A stretch of DNA of 64,000 nucleotides from positions 26,794-90,793 of the forward strand of contig JAUIBT010000008.1 in NCBI GenBank assembly GCA_030428255.1, in the 5' to 3' direction. Positions within the stretch are counted from its first letter, which is position 1. The number at the start of each line of letters is the position of its first letter. Made by a program: the position numbers and the translations under genes. Of this stretch, positions 37,560 through 46,966 are shown piece after piece. The notes beneath the pieces are model-generated. The model searched no databases, was not told the origin of the DNA, and saw nothing but the letters and a program-made list of their open reading frames with translations. Source of the DNA: Alphaproteobacteria bacterium. GTDB taxonomy: Bacteria > Pseudomonadota > Alphaproteobacteria > UBA7985 > JAUIBT01.

Positions 37560-37976
37560 ATGATTGCCTACGTCACCGTTGGCGTTGACGACATAAGCCG
37601 CGCCAAACGCTTCTATTCGGCTTTCCTGCCAGCCCTTGGCTACGCGCTTGAAGAATATCAGGGCGATTTGAGCTACGTGCTCCCCGTGGCAGCGGGGCAA
37701 GCACCTCAGCAGCCCGATTTCTACGTCAAGGCTCCCTTCGACGGAGGCCCGGCCTCGGCGGGCAACGGGTCCATGGTCGCCTTTCAAGCGAGCAGTCAAA
37801 GCCAGGTCCGCGACCTGCACGCCGCTGCGCTGGCTGCTGGCGGCACTGACGAAGGCCAGCCCGGCTTTCGCGCGGCCTATGGCGCGCACTTTTATGTCGG
37901 CTATCTTCGCGACCCCCAAGGCAACAAAATCGCACTGTTTTCAAGCAATCCCGACGAGCCCGGCCGCGACGGATAG
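37560..37976 (+). CDS. VOC (glyoxalase/bleomycin resistance) family protein
   Basis: YVTVGVDD, GNGSMVAF, GGTDEGQPG, YLRDPQGNKI. Confidence 0.9.
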   Translation: MIAYVTVGVDDISRAKRFYSAFLPALGYALEEYQGDLSYVLPVAAGQAPQQPDFYVKAPFDGGPASAGNGSMVAFQASSQSQVRDLHAAALAAGGTDEGQPGFRAAYGAHFYVGYLRDPQGNKIALFSSNPDEPGRDG

Positions 37977-38213
37977 CGCGACCAAGACCGGGACCTGCGC
38001 CAAATCGAGCAGCGCAAAATCGAGCAGCGACAGTCTTTCCGGTGGCGGGTTGGCCATCGCCTCGCTAAAGTCGTCCCAACAAGCCAATCGCGCGCGCAGT
38101 TCAGCGCGTCCGCGCGGTTGGCTCGATCACAACAGACGAGCATCCAACGAGCCGTCTGCCCGGGCGCGGGCGGCCTGCGGAGCCTCGGCGTGCAACGAAG
38201 AAGAGACACGACC

Positions 38214-40874
38214 ATGACGCAATGGGTCTACGCATTCGGGCCAAGCCTTTCTGAAGGCGATGCCAGCCAGCGCAATCTCTTGGGCGGTAAAGGCGCCAAC
38301 TTGGCTGAGATGGCCAAGCTGGGCTTGCCTGTGCCTCCGGGCTTTACGCTCTCGACCGAGGTCTGCACCTACTTTTATGGCCACGGCAAGTCGTATCCGC
38401 CCGAGCTGGAAGCGCAAGTTGACGCCGCCCTGACCCGCCTTGAGGGCGACATGGGGGCCCGCTTTGGTGATCCTGAAAACCCCTTGCTGGTCTCGGTCCG
38501 TTCGGGCGCGCGGGCTTCCATGCCGGGCATGATGGACACGGTCTTGAACCTGGGCCTCAGCGATGTGACCGCCGACGGCCTGGCCAAGCGGTCAGGCGAT
38601 GCACGCTTTGCTTACGATTCTTACCGCCGCTTCATCACCATGTACTCTGACGTGGTGCTGGGCGTGGATCACTACCTGTTCGAAGAGCAGCTTGAGAACT
38701 ACAAGCTCGAAAAGGGCTATTACCTGGATACCGAACTGGAAGCCGACGACTGGAAGCACCTGGTTGATGTCTATAAACAGATCGTGCGCGACGAGCTGGA
38801 CGAGGACTTCCCGCAAGATCCCAAGGCCCAGCTTTGGGGCGCGATTGGTGCGGTTTTCGGCTCATGGATGAACATGCGTGCCGACGTGTATCGCAAGCTG
38901 CACAACATCCCGGCAAGCTGGGGTACTGCAGTCAACATTCAGGCCATGGTGTTTGGCAACATGGGCGATGATTGCGCGACCGGTGTTGCCTTCACGCGCG
39001 ACCCCTCTACGGGCGAGAACGTCTTTTACGGCGAGTACCTGGTCAATGCTCAGGGTGAAGACGTGGTGGCGGGCATCCGCACGCCTCAGCAAATTTCGAT
39101 CGCGGGCAAGGAGCAGCAGGAAAGCGACCAACCCGCCATGGAAGAGGTCATGCCGGAGGTCTACAGCCAGCTCGACGCAATCCGCAGCAAGCTGGAGCGC
39201 CACTACGCCGACATGCAGGACATCGAGTTCACCGTTCAGGGCGGCAAGCTGTTCATGCTGCAAACCCGCAACGGAAAGCGCACCGCGCAAGCGGCGCTGA
39301 AGATCGCGGTGGAAATGGTTGATGAAGGGCTGATCTCCCCAGAACAAGCCGTCATGCGGGTCAATCCGGCCTCGCTGGACCAATTGTTGCACCCGACGCT
39401 GGACCCCAAGGCCGAGCGTAACGTGCTGACCAAAGGCTTGCCCGCCTCGCCGGGCGCGGCGTCTGGCATTTTGTGCTTCTCCTCCGACGCCGCCGTAGAT
39501 CTGCACGCCCGGGGTGAGAAGATCATCTTGGCACGCATTGAAACCTCGCCTGAGGACATTCAGGGCATGCACGCCGCCGAAGGCATCTTGACTGCGCGCG
39601 GCGGTATGACCTCGCACGCCGCAGTGGTGGCGCGCGGCATGGGCCGACCCTGCGTTTCTGGCGCGGGCGATATCGAGATTCTGGGCGACACCATGCGCAT
39701 TGGCCGCATCGAGGTCAAAGCAGGCGAGCGCCTGACCCTGGATGGCAGCACCGGTGAGGTCATGCTGGGCGATGTGCCCACCATCCGCCCCAACTTGTCG
39801 GGCGATTTCGCCAAGCTGATGACCTGGGCCGACCAGCAGCGCAGCATGGCGGTTCGTACCAATGCCGAGACCCCCGCAGACTGCGAGACGGCCGTTGAAT
39901 TCGGCGCTGAGGGCATCGGCCTTTGCCGGACCGAGCATATGTTCTTTGACGCCGATCGCATCGGTGTTGTGCGGCAGATGATCTTGGCGGACTCGGTCGC
40001 CGAACGCCAAACTGCCTTGGACAAGTTGCTGCCCATGCAGCGCTCTGACTTTGCAGCCATTTTCACCATAATGGGCGCGCGACCGGTGACCATCCGCTTG
40101 CTCGATCCCCCGCTGCACGAGTTCTTGCCCCACCAGCAAAGCGAATTAGAAGAGGTGGCACAGCTCTCTGGCACGCCGGTTGAAATCCTGGCCTCGCGCG
40201 CCAAGAAACTGACCGAAGCCAACCCCATGCTGGGCCATCGCGGCTGCCGTTTGGGCATCACCTTCCCAGAGATCTACGCCATGCAGGCGCGGGCGATTTT
40301 CGAAGCAGCAGCAGCGGTCCAGAGCAAGAGCGGCCAAGCGGTTAAGCCCGAAATCATGATCCCGCTGGTGTCTATGGCGGGCGAATTGGAGCAGCTTAAG
40401 CGTTTGGTGGATGACACCGCAGCGGCGGTTGGAAAAGAGTCCGGGGTTGAGGTGGCCTATAGCGTTGGCACGATGATCGAGCTGCCGCGCGCCGCGCTGC
40501 AGGCGGGCAAGATTGCTGAGCATGCAGACTTTTTCTCGTTTGGTACCAACGATTTGACCCAGACGACCTACGGTTTGTCGCGCGACGATGCGGGTAATTT
40601 CCTGGGTCACTACGAAAAGCAAGGCCTGATCGAGCGCGACCCCTTCTTGAGCCTGGACCCCGACGGCGTGGGCGAGTTGGTGCAAATTGCCAGCGACCGT
40701 GGTCGTGCGACTCGCGCAGACATCAAGTTGGGCATTTGTGGTGAACACGGCGGTGATCCGGCCTCGATCGAATTCTGCCAAGGGGTGGGGCTGGACTATG
40801 TGTCTTGCTCGCCCTTCCGCGTGCCGATTGCCCGTTTGGCCGCCGCGCAAGCCGCGCTGAAAGCCAAGGGGTAA
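38214..40874 (+). CDS. ppdK: Pyruvate, phosphate dikinase
   Basis: LLGGKGANLAEM, SVRSGAR, GGMTSHAAVVARG, GIGLCRTEHMF, FSFGTNDLTQ, GICGEHGG. Confidence 0.97.
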   Translation: MTQWVYAFGPSLSEGDASQRNLLGGKGANLAEMAKLGLPVPPGFTLSTEVCTYFYGHGKSYPPELEAQVDAALTRLEGDMGARFGDPENPLLVSVRSGARASMPGMMDTVLNLGLSDVTADGLAKRSGDARFAYDSYRRFITMYSDVVLGVDHYLFEEQLENYKLEKGYYLDTELEADDWKHLVDVYKQIVRDELDEDFPQDPKAQLWGAIGAVFGSWMNMRADVYRKLHNIPASWGTAVNIQAMVFGNMGDDCATGVAFTRDPSTGENVFYGEYLVNAQGEDVVAGIRTPQQISIAGKEQQESDQPAMEEVMPEVYSQLDAIRSKLERHYADMQDIEFTVQGGKLFMLQTRNGKRTAQAALKIAVEMVDEGLISPEQAVMRVNPASLDQLLHPTLDPKAERNVLTKGLPASPGAASGILCFSSDAAVDLHARGEKIILARIETSPEDIQGMHAAEGILTARGGMTSHAAVVARGMGRPCVSGAGDIEILGDTMRIGRIEVKAGERLTLDGSTGEVMLGDVPTIRPNLSGDFAKLMTWADQQRSMAVRTNAETPADCETAVEFGAEGIGLCRTEHMFFDADRIGVVRQMILADSVAERQTALDKLLPMQRSDFAAIFTIMGARPVTIRLLDPPLHEFLPHQQSELEEVAQLSGTPVEILASRAKKLTEANPMLGHRGCRLGITFPEIYAMQARAIFEAAAAVQSKSGQAVKPEIMIPLVSMAGELEQLKRLVDDTAAAVGKESGVEVAYSVGTMIELPRAALQAGKIAEHADFFSFGTNDLTQTTYGLSRDDAGNFLGHYEKQGLIERDPFLSLDPDGVGELVQIASDRGRATRADIKLGICGEHGGDPASIEFCQGVGLDYVSCSPFRVPIARLAAAQAALKAKG

Positions 40875-40910
40875 GCGCAGTCTGTGCTAAGCGCAGGCTG
40901 TGCTAAGCGC
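40872..40910. repeat. 16-bp tandem repeat starting at the ppdK stop codon
   Basis: TAAGCGCAGTCTGTGC TAAGCGCAGGCTGTGC TAAGCGC. Confidence 0.85.
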
Positions 40911-41009
40911 GATAGGGGCGGGGCTGCGCGCAACTGCCCTTCTTGCTTGCATCTTTTGCCGCTCCTGGCTTAAATCAGGGCCGCTCTAGCTCTTATCATT
41001 GGAACCGTC

Positions 41010-41246
41010 ATGACCTGTGTTTTCGTTCAAATTCAATGCGCGCCGGGAACAGCATACCAAGTGGCGGACGAAATCTGCGAGCGTGAGTTTCACTCCGAGC
41101 TCTATTCGACCAGCGGCCACTATGATTTGTTGGTGAAGATCTATGTCCCGGAAAGCGAGGATGTCGGGCGCTACATCAATGATAAGCTGCTGGATATCGC
41201 GGGCGTGCAGCGCACCCTGACGACCCTGACATTTAAGGCGTTTTAG
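41010..41246 (+). CDS. Stand-alone Lrp/AsnC ligand-binding domain protein
   Basis: ELYSTSGHYDLLVKI...GVQRTLT; 78 aa with no HTH. Confidence 0.8.
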   Translation: MTCVFVQIQCAPGTAYQVADEICEREFHSELYSTSGHYDLLVKIYVPESEDVGRYINDKLLDIAGVQRTLTTLTFKAF

Positions 41247-41432
41247 AGCGCTTCCGTAACGCTATGGCGCCGCCACAGCGTCCGCCGACGACAGGCTCGG
41301 ACTAGCCGAAGCACCCCAACGATCACGATCACTGGTGCCATGACTACACCGCTAGTCAGGGCCTTTGCAAGTCCGGGCCACAGCTTCCGAGTTGAACATG
41401 CCCCAGTTTAGGCCTTGATCATAGCAAAAGCC

Positions 41433-42896
41433 CTAAGCGTCCGCCAAAAGCGTTGCGTAGTGTTGTTGCAAAATTTCCAAGAACACAGCGAGATCTTGCT
41501 CGAAATCGTCGTCCAGGCGCGCCAAGTGCGGGCGCAACAGGCGCGTATAGCCTTCCAGGCTTTCGCGGGCCAGGAGCAAGGCTGGCTCCATGGCTTCAAA
41601 TTCCGACGCCAGTTCCGCGCGCGGACGATCTAGACTCTTCAAGCGCTCCTTGGACAGAATCTTTAAGCCCTCTTGCGCCATGGGATCGCCACCAGCAGCA
41701 TCTGCGCGGCGCAGGCCATAGGCGACCGTCAGCCATTTGCGCAGCTTGTCGCTCAGTTTGTCCAAGGCGGCTACCAGCGCACTGTAGGCCAGGGCGTCGC
41801 GCCCGTCCATGCGGTCGGCGGGGTTAGCGTGGGTTTTGGCAGTGAAGCGCAAGTCGTTGGAGATGCCCGCTTGGATCGGATGAAAGCAGGTCATTTTCAA
41901 CCAACTTGGCCAGAGCACTGGCAGGCAAGTGTTGCATGCCAAAAGCGACTCTATGGTATCGAGGTCGGCCTTGTTGAACAGCTTAATATCCGAATGCAAA
42001 ACTCGCGCCTGGAACCGCTCCAGCTCGCTTTCTTCGCTGTTGGTCTCCAAGACTTGGCTGGATTGGGCATAGCCCATGACCGACTGCTGGTCGGCTAAGG
42101 CGGCGCTGGCGGCCTCGACCACGTGATCCTCGCGCGCCTCGGCACCGGTCAACCCATCGAGCAGGCGGGCTTGTCGCTTGGTCTCCAACGATTGCACGCA
42201 GGCCCAAAAGCAAGATTTGTAGGTGGTCAAACGGGTGTTGCTGGGGTGTTGCCACAGCTCCAGAACGGGGTCAAAACCCTGGTGGGCGCTGAAATCTTGG
42301 GGCAGGCAGGAATCCACCAGCTTGAGGGTCTCGGCCGCAGCGCCTTCCTTGAAATGCGCCGCGCGGTAGCGGTACCACAGCTTAGATAAATCGCGCACCA
42401 ATCCGTTGAATCCATTGGCGTCACCTCGATCTAGCACGGTGACTTTGCTTAATAAATCGAGAATTTCGGGTGTGTGCTTGTAAGCATCACAGCCCAAGAT
42501 AAATTGCGCAATCTTGGCAATTTGTTGCACTTTGTATCGGGTCAGCCGCAGCCGCTGTGCGCCGACATCCAGCATGAGGCTGCCATCCTTGTCGGCTTGG
42601 CAAGCCGGGCTGCCATCGTCTGAGAGTGCGCGCAGGGCGTGCCACAAATCGCGGCCATCGCGCAAAATGGCCATGGGTCCATCGCTGGCCAACGGCGCAC
42701 CCGGCGTAACGCACAGAGCCCATTGCACCCGCAGCCAGGCCCAAATCGGCTTGTCTTTATTGTTGGACCAGCCGGCCATAAGCGCGCGAGCGACGTCACG
42801 CTTAAACTGCCTTGAGTAATCGGCGTCGTGAAACAAGGCTTGGAATTCGGATCGCGCCGTATCCGACCAAAGCGTCATGAGACTGCCTTGCACCAT
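41433..42896 (-). CDS. Hypothetical protein (487 aa, helical, no signal peptide)
   Basis: Long ORF filling the gap with an AT-rich upstream region; no motif recognised. Confidence 0.7.
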   Translation of the reverse strand: MVQGSLMTLWSDTARSEFQALFHDADYSRQFKRDVARALMAGWSNNKDKPIWAWLRVQWALCVTPGAPLASDGPMAILRDGRDLWHALRALSDDGSPACQADKDGSLMLDVGAQRLRLTRYKVQQIAKIAQFILGCDAYKHTPEILDLLSKVTVLDRGDANGFNGLVRDLSKLWYRYRAAHFKEGAAAETLKLVDSCLPQDFSAHQGFDPVLELWQHPSNTRLTTYKSCFWACVQSLETKRQARLLDGLTGAEAREDHVVEAASAALADQQSVMGYAQSSQVLETNSEESELERFQARVLHSDIKLFNKADLDTIESLLACNTCLPVLWPSWLKMTCFHPIQAGISNDLRFTAKTHANPADRMDGRDALAYSALVAALDKLSDKLRKWLTVAYGLRRADAAGGDPMAQEGLKILSKERLKSLDRPRAELASEFEAMEPALLLARESLEGYTRLLRPHLARLDDDFEQDLAVFLEILQQHYATLLADA

Positions 42897-43001
42897 TGTC
42901 GTTTTCCCTTATGGGTTATTCTTATTTCAACTAAACTCTCTTGTTGCCTCAATAACAACCTCAAAGCTGACCAAAATAAGACCGTTGCCCTGAAAATGGC
43001 C

Positions 43002-43034
43002 AAAAAAAGAGGCCGCGCTGGGAGCACGGCCTCT
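43002..43034 (-). terminator. Rho-independent terminator
   Basis: Minus strand reads AGAGGCCGTGCT-CCC-AGCGCGGCCTCT then a T-run. Confidence 0.8.
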
Positions 43035-43076
43035 GTTGGCGCTGCATAACTGTTTGGTTGTGCGAAAGTTTTGTCC

Positions 43077-44141
43077 TTAGTAGGAGCGAACCTGCAGGAT
43101 TTCCACAATGATCTCATTCTGACCATTGGTGCGAACCGAACCGACAACTCCCATCGCGTCAAGCATGAGGCGCAGGTTGCGGACCAGGCGACCTTGGTCG
43201 GCAGAGGTCTTGTAGTCGTAAGTCGCGCTAGAGAAGTTAGACTGTACGATGTCCACGTCGAACGCACATGACCAAGAGGACAAGAACTGCTCGACAGCGG
43301 TGATGCGGTAGTTATCGAAGCCGGTGAAGGTCAGCGAGAAGTTGGTCGGCAGGTTGCGACACTCGGGGTTCGGGTAGCGCGGAGCCAGTTGGCCGCCAGT
43401 GCCGTTTTGATTGTTGCCAACAACGGGTTGGGTCGGCTGAACGGGCTGGGTCGGCTGAGTGGGAACAATCACCTGTTGGTGTCCACCGAAGGCCAGACCA
43501 AGGGGGCCAGCCAGTTGGATCGCCATTTGGTTGGCAGCATCGCGGGCCAGTACGTCGAAGTTATCCGATACAAAGCGCTTCACGCACTCTTGCGAGGGTT
43601 GGCCGTTGTTGCCAGTGCCCGCCGCACAGCCGGTGAAGGGAACGCCAGCGGTGTTCAGCGTCAGGCGGTCGCCGCCCAGGAACTGATTATCCAGCATATT
43701 CAACGCTTGGTACTCCAAGGTGCCTTGCAGTTTGGCGATGCCAGTGTAGGGATCCTTTACCGCTTCAGCGTAGGCCGAGTAGGTGATCACCACATCCAGC
43801 TTGGGGTTGGTGAAGTTGCGGGCGAAAGAGATGACCTCTTGTTCGCCGCGGCGGTGGTTGTCCTGGTTATAGTTGGGGAACTGAATGGCCAGGGCTGCTT
43901 CGTTGTACACGTCAAAACCGCCGATGTTGTATTGTGCCATGAGGCGCTGGTAGTCGGGCGAGCGGACGGTGTTCTGGAAGACGCGCAGAATTGAGTTCTG
44001 GATGCGGTTGCCGGCCTTAAGTGAGGAGGTGTCGCCATCGACTTGCATGACCATGACCTTCACGGTCTGGGCAGAGGCAGCGGTTGCAGCACCGAGGAGT
44101 GTGAGGCTGGCCAAGCCAGCAGCGGCGAGAAGGCGTTTCAT
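43077..44141 (-). CDS. Secreted hypothetical protein, two domains joined by a PTQP linker
   Basis: Signal peptide MKRLLAAAGLASLTLLGAATAASA; AAGGA RBS; two Cys pairs; own terminator. Confidence 0.8.
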   Translation of the reverse strand: MKRLLAAAGLASLTLLGAATAASAQTVKVMVMQVDGDTSSLKAGNRIQNSILRVFQNTVRSPDYQRLMAQYNIGGFDVYNEAALAIQFPNYNQDNHRRGEQEVISFARNFTNPKLDVVITYSAYAEAVKDPYTGIAKLQGTLEYQALNMLDNQFLGGDRLTLNTAGVPFTGCAAGTGNNGQPSQECVKRFVSDNFDVLARDAANQMAIQLAGPLGLAFGGHQQVIVPTQPTQPVQPTQPVVGNNQNGTGGQLAPRYPNPECRNLPTNFSLTFTGFDNYRITAVEQFLSSWSCAFDVDIVQSNFSSATYDYKTSADQGRLVRNLRLMLDAMGVVGSVRTNGQNEIIVEILQVRSY

Positions 44142-44340
44142 GACGTTGTCCTTTTATGTCAGTGAAGGTGATCGCTTGATGAACAGGGGGTGGGATAGGC
44201 AGGTGCAAAAATGCGTCGCTTTTGCAAAAATGGCCGATGTTCTTGGATACATCCCTGTTTTTCCGGGGCTTGCCGCTCCCGCGTTTGGTGGCTGTTGTGA
44301 TCCGCGCCAGACCCCGGCGCGCGCACTACGCCAACAGGAC

Positions 44341-44368
44341 AAAACCCCGGCTCTTGTGAGAGCCGGGG
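44341..44368 (-). terminator. Rho-independent terminator after the di-haem oxidoreductase gene
   Basis: CCCCGGCTCT-TGTG-AGAGCCGGGG perfect 10-bp stem with AAAA on its left. Confidence 0.75.
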
Positions 44369-44426
44369 AGTGTTGAAATCGGACCAGCGCTGGGCTGGCA
44401 TCGGACGGATGGCGAGTGCCAATGGA

Positions 44427-46649
44427 TTAGGGGCGTCCTTGCACAGCCGGTGCTAGGCTGGGCTCGACCGGGATGCGCAACGACTTCAAAAAGGTGATCA
44501 GGGCGGCTTGGTCCTGATCGCTCAGCCGCCGGAACGCTGCAACCGAAGCGTTGGCTTCAGATGGTGCCAGGTTCTGGTTGCCATGCGGCGCCCGGCAGGT
44601 GTCGTCGGCATGAGCCAAAATCGCATCGCGCAGGCTCAAGGCGCGACCGTCGTGCATATAGGGCGCTGTGTTGGCCACGCCCCACAAGGGCCGGGTCAGG
44701 TAGAGATCGCGCTCGACCAGCAAGCCTTCACGATCAACCTGTTGGCCAAAGGGATCGGCCAGGCACGCGCCCATGCGGTGGCGCTTTAAGTCGCTGAACA
44801 GCGGCACGTCCACCTGGCCATCGGCATAGAACGGCAGACGTGGGAAAGAGGCAGGCAAGGCATCGACGCTGGGATCTTCCATGTTGAGATCAAAGGCGTA
44901 GGAGCCGACCAGCTCGCGCACCGCAGTCGTCAGGCTTTCTTGGGCAGCCTTTTCGCTCTGCACGTCTGCTTTGCGGGCTTCAGCCGCCAACAGGTCGATG
45001 GGCAGCGGGCGATCTTTGGGGCTCGCAACGCCCAGGCCGACCCCATCGTCAACCACCACGGGGCCGTCGCGCAGGCTCTCCTTGGCGGCCGCCACCTCGT
45101 TGCCCAGCAGCTCAGGATTGTGAATCCCGACCCAGGGGCTTTCCAGGCGCAGGCTGGACTTATGGCAGCTTGCACATTGGGCGTCTTGTTCGAAAACTTG
45201 CTGCCCACGCGCCAACAAACTGGCTTCGATTTGGTTCGATGCAGGGCGTTGGATTGGCGGGCGATTGGCTAGGGCAAACAGGGTTAGAGCGGTGACTTCG
45301 CCGACGCTCACCTCGTTGTGGACACCGTCTTGGTCCGCGTCGCTGGCACTTGGGAAGGCCTCGACAGGTTGCATACCAAAGTGGAAGTTCAGCGCATCAC
45401 GCACGAAATTGCGCATGTTAGATGCGATGCCTTTCCATTGGAAGGGTCGCACCACGAAGTCTTGGGAGACCCCCTCGATGCCCGAGCAATCTTCTTCAAA
45501 GCCGGGCAACGCGCCACAAACTCCCTCGACGCTGTTGCCGCCGTTGGGACGCTTGAGCGCGGCATAGATGCCAAAATCCACGCCCTTCGAGGTGAGGCGC
45601 GCTTCGTACCAATTGCCGGGGTCGCCCTCGGCGGCTTGCAAGACCAGCTCGCGCAGATACAGAAGATCGACGGTCATCTCTTGCGCCAGCTTTTGGCTAT
45701 AGCCCGCGCCCATGACGTGCGGTGGGTTGCGTAGATAGATGAAGGTGGCTGCGTGGTTGGCCGAATGGCCGCGCGCTTGCATCTCGGCCAGCAGCCAACC
45801 GGGAGGATTGGCTTGCAGCAAGGGGTTGATCATGGCGTTGACGGAGATGCCACCGGAGCCCGCAACGCGGTCGGGGCGGGCACTGAGCGCATTGGTCTGG
45901 GTGTCGGTCAATTGATCGACACCGGTCAGGTTGTGGCACTCTAGGCAATTCTGGCTGTCGAGGCCATGGACGCGCAAATATTGCACGTCAGGGAAAAATT
46001 CGAATGAGGAGCCTGGTGTGTTGCGCAATTGCTCCAGGCGGCTCATGCGCGGCCCTCCGGGGCCCTCGCCAAACCCGTCTTTGTTGGTGAAGGGTTGGGT
46101 GAACAGGTGGCGTCCGATTTCTTGGATCTCACGAAAGCTGAGCGCTCCGGTCTCAATATCAACCTGGCTCACACGCACGCCAGGCACCAGCGATTGGTCG
46201 GCATCGGCTGGACGCGGAAAGGCAGGCACATTGTGGTTGGCCGGACTGGGGGTCGCATTGGCCGTAGGACTGGGCGGCGGCGTGCCGGAGCGCCGCTTGA
46301 CCACCGTCGGCTGAGCCGCGTTATCGCTGGGCGGCTGGTTGTTCGCCTGCCCGTTATTTTGGGCATCGGCAGGCGGAGCCGGTGGGGCGGGCGGCGCAGG
46401 CGGTGTTGGCGGCGTGGGAATGTTGGTCGGTTGCTGTGGTGGGCTCGGCGGCGTTGGTTGCAGCAAGCCGCCGCCAGAGCAGCCAGGCGCATCGGGGTTG
46501 AAAATGCAGTTGAGATTTTGGCTCATGGCCGGGCTCGACAAAGCCAAGAGGCCGACGGTGAGAAGCCCAAGCTTGAGGCTGGTGACGCGCGAGGGGTGGC
46601 GCGCAGATCGCGGGTCGCTTTGGCCGAGCAGAGGAGAGGTGCCGTGCAT
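44427..46649 (-). CDS. Secreted di-haem oxidoreductase (DHOR/putative peroxidase family) with Pro-rich N-terminal linker
   Basis: Two CxxCH motifs (CLECH, CASCH), RPFQWKG, LFSDLKRH, TRPLWG, YMHDGRA..L.DAILAH, FLKSL; signal LGLLTVGLLALSSPAMS. Confidence 0.82.
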   Translation of the reverse strand: MHGTSPLLGQSDPRSARHPSRVTSLKLGLLTVGLLALSSPAMSQNLNCIFNPDAPGCSGGGLLQPTPPSPPQQPTNIPTPPTPPAPPAPPAPPADAQNNGQANNQPPSDNAAQPTVVKRRSGTPPPSPTANATPSPANHNVPAFPRPADADQSLVPGVRVSQVDIETGALSFREIQEIGRHLFTQPFTNKDGFGEGPGGPRMSRLEQLRNTPGSSFEFFPDVQYLRVHGLDSQNCLECHNLTGVDQLTDTQTNALSARPDRVAGSGGISVNAMINPLLQANPPGWLLAEMQARGHSANHAATFIYLRNPPHVMGAGYSQKLAQEMTVDLLYLRELVLQAAEGDPGNWYEARLTSKGVDFGIYAALKRPNGGNSVEGVCGALPGFEEDCSGIEGVSQDFVVRPFQWKGIASNMRNFVRDALNFHFGMQPVEAFPSASDADQDGVHNEVSVGEVTALTLFALANRPPIQRPASNQIEASLLARGQQVFEQDAQCASCHKSSLRLESPWVGIHNPELLGNEVAAAKESLRDGPVVVDDGVGLGVASPKDRPLPIDLLAAEARKADVQSEKAAQESLTTAVRELVGSYAFDLNMEDPSVDALPASFPRLPFYADGQVDVPLFSDLKRHRMGACLADPFGQQVDREGLLVERDLYLTRPLWGVANTAPYMHDGRALSLRDAILAHADDTCRAPHGNQNLAPSEANASVAAFRRLSDQDQAALITFLKSLRIPVEPSLAPAVQGRP

Positions 46650-46966
46650 AAGTGGTGCTCCGTGGCTGTGGTGGCGATGCGCGCTGGGGCGCGGGCGACG
46701 CGGCGCTTGGAATGCAGTGTCTGCAAGGCCCAGGATCGCGCGTGGTCGGCCCACCAGATGGGGGGATGCAGGACAGCAAGTGGGTTAGAGAGGGCAAAAA
46801 ATGCGGTGGACCAGGGCAATTTTCTGGCCGTCCTAGCGGCCATGCTGACCCCTGATCCAGCAAGGGGATGGCAAGCCTTGGCGCGTTGCCTGGCAGATGC
46901 GTACGGCATCTCCACCTCGGTGGCTGCGGGACTAGGTGCCGCAAAGCCACCTTCGGGGTTTGCGGG

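Noticed and set aside
38862-40850. Long antisense ORFs (425, 233, 234 aa) opposite ppdK
   Set aside because: Shadow ORFs expected from GC-rich codon bias; no motifs; they fully overlap a confident gene
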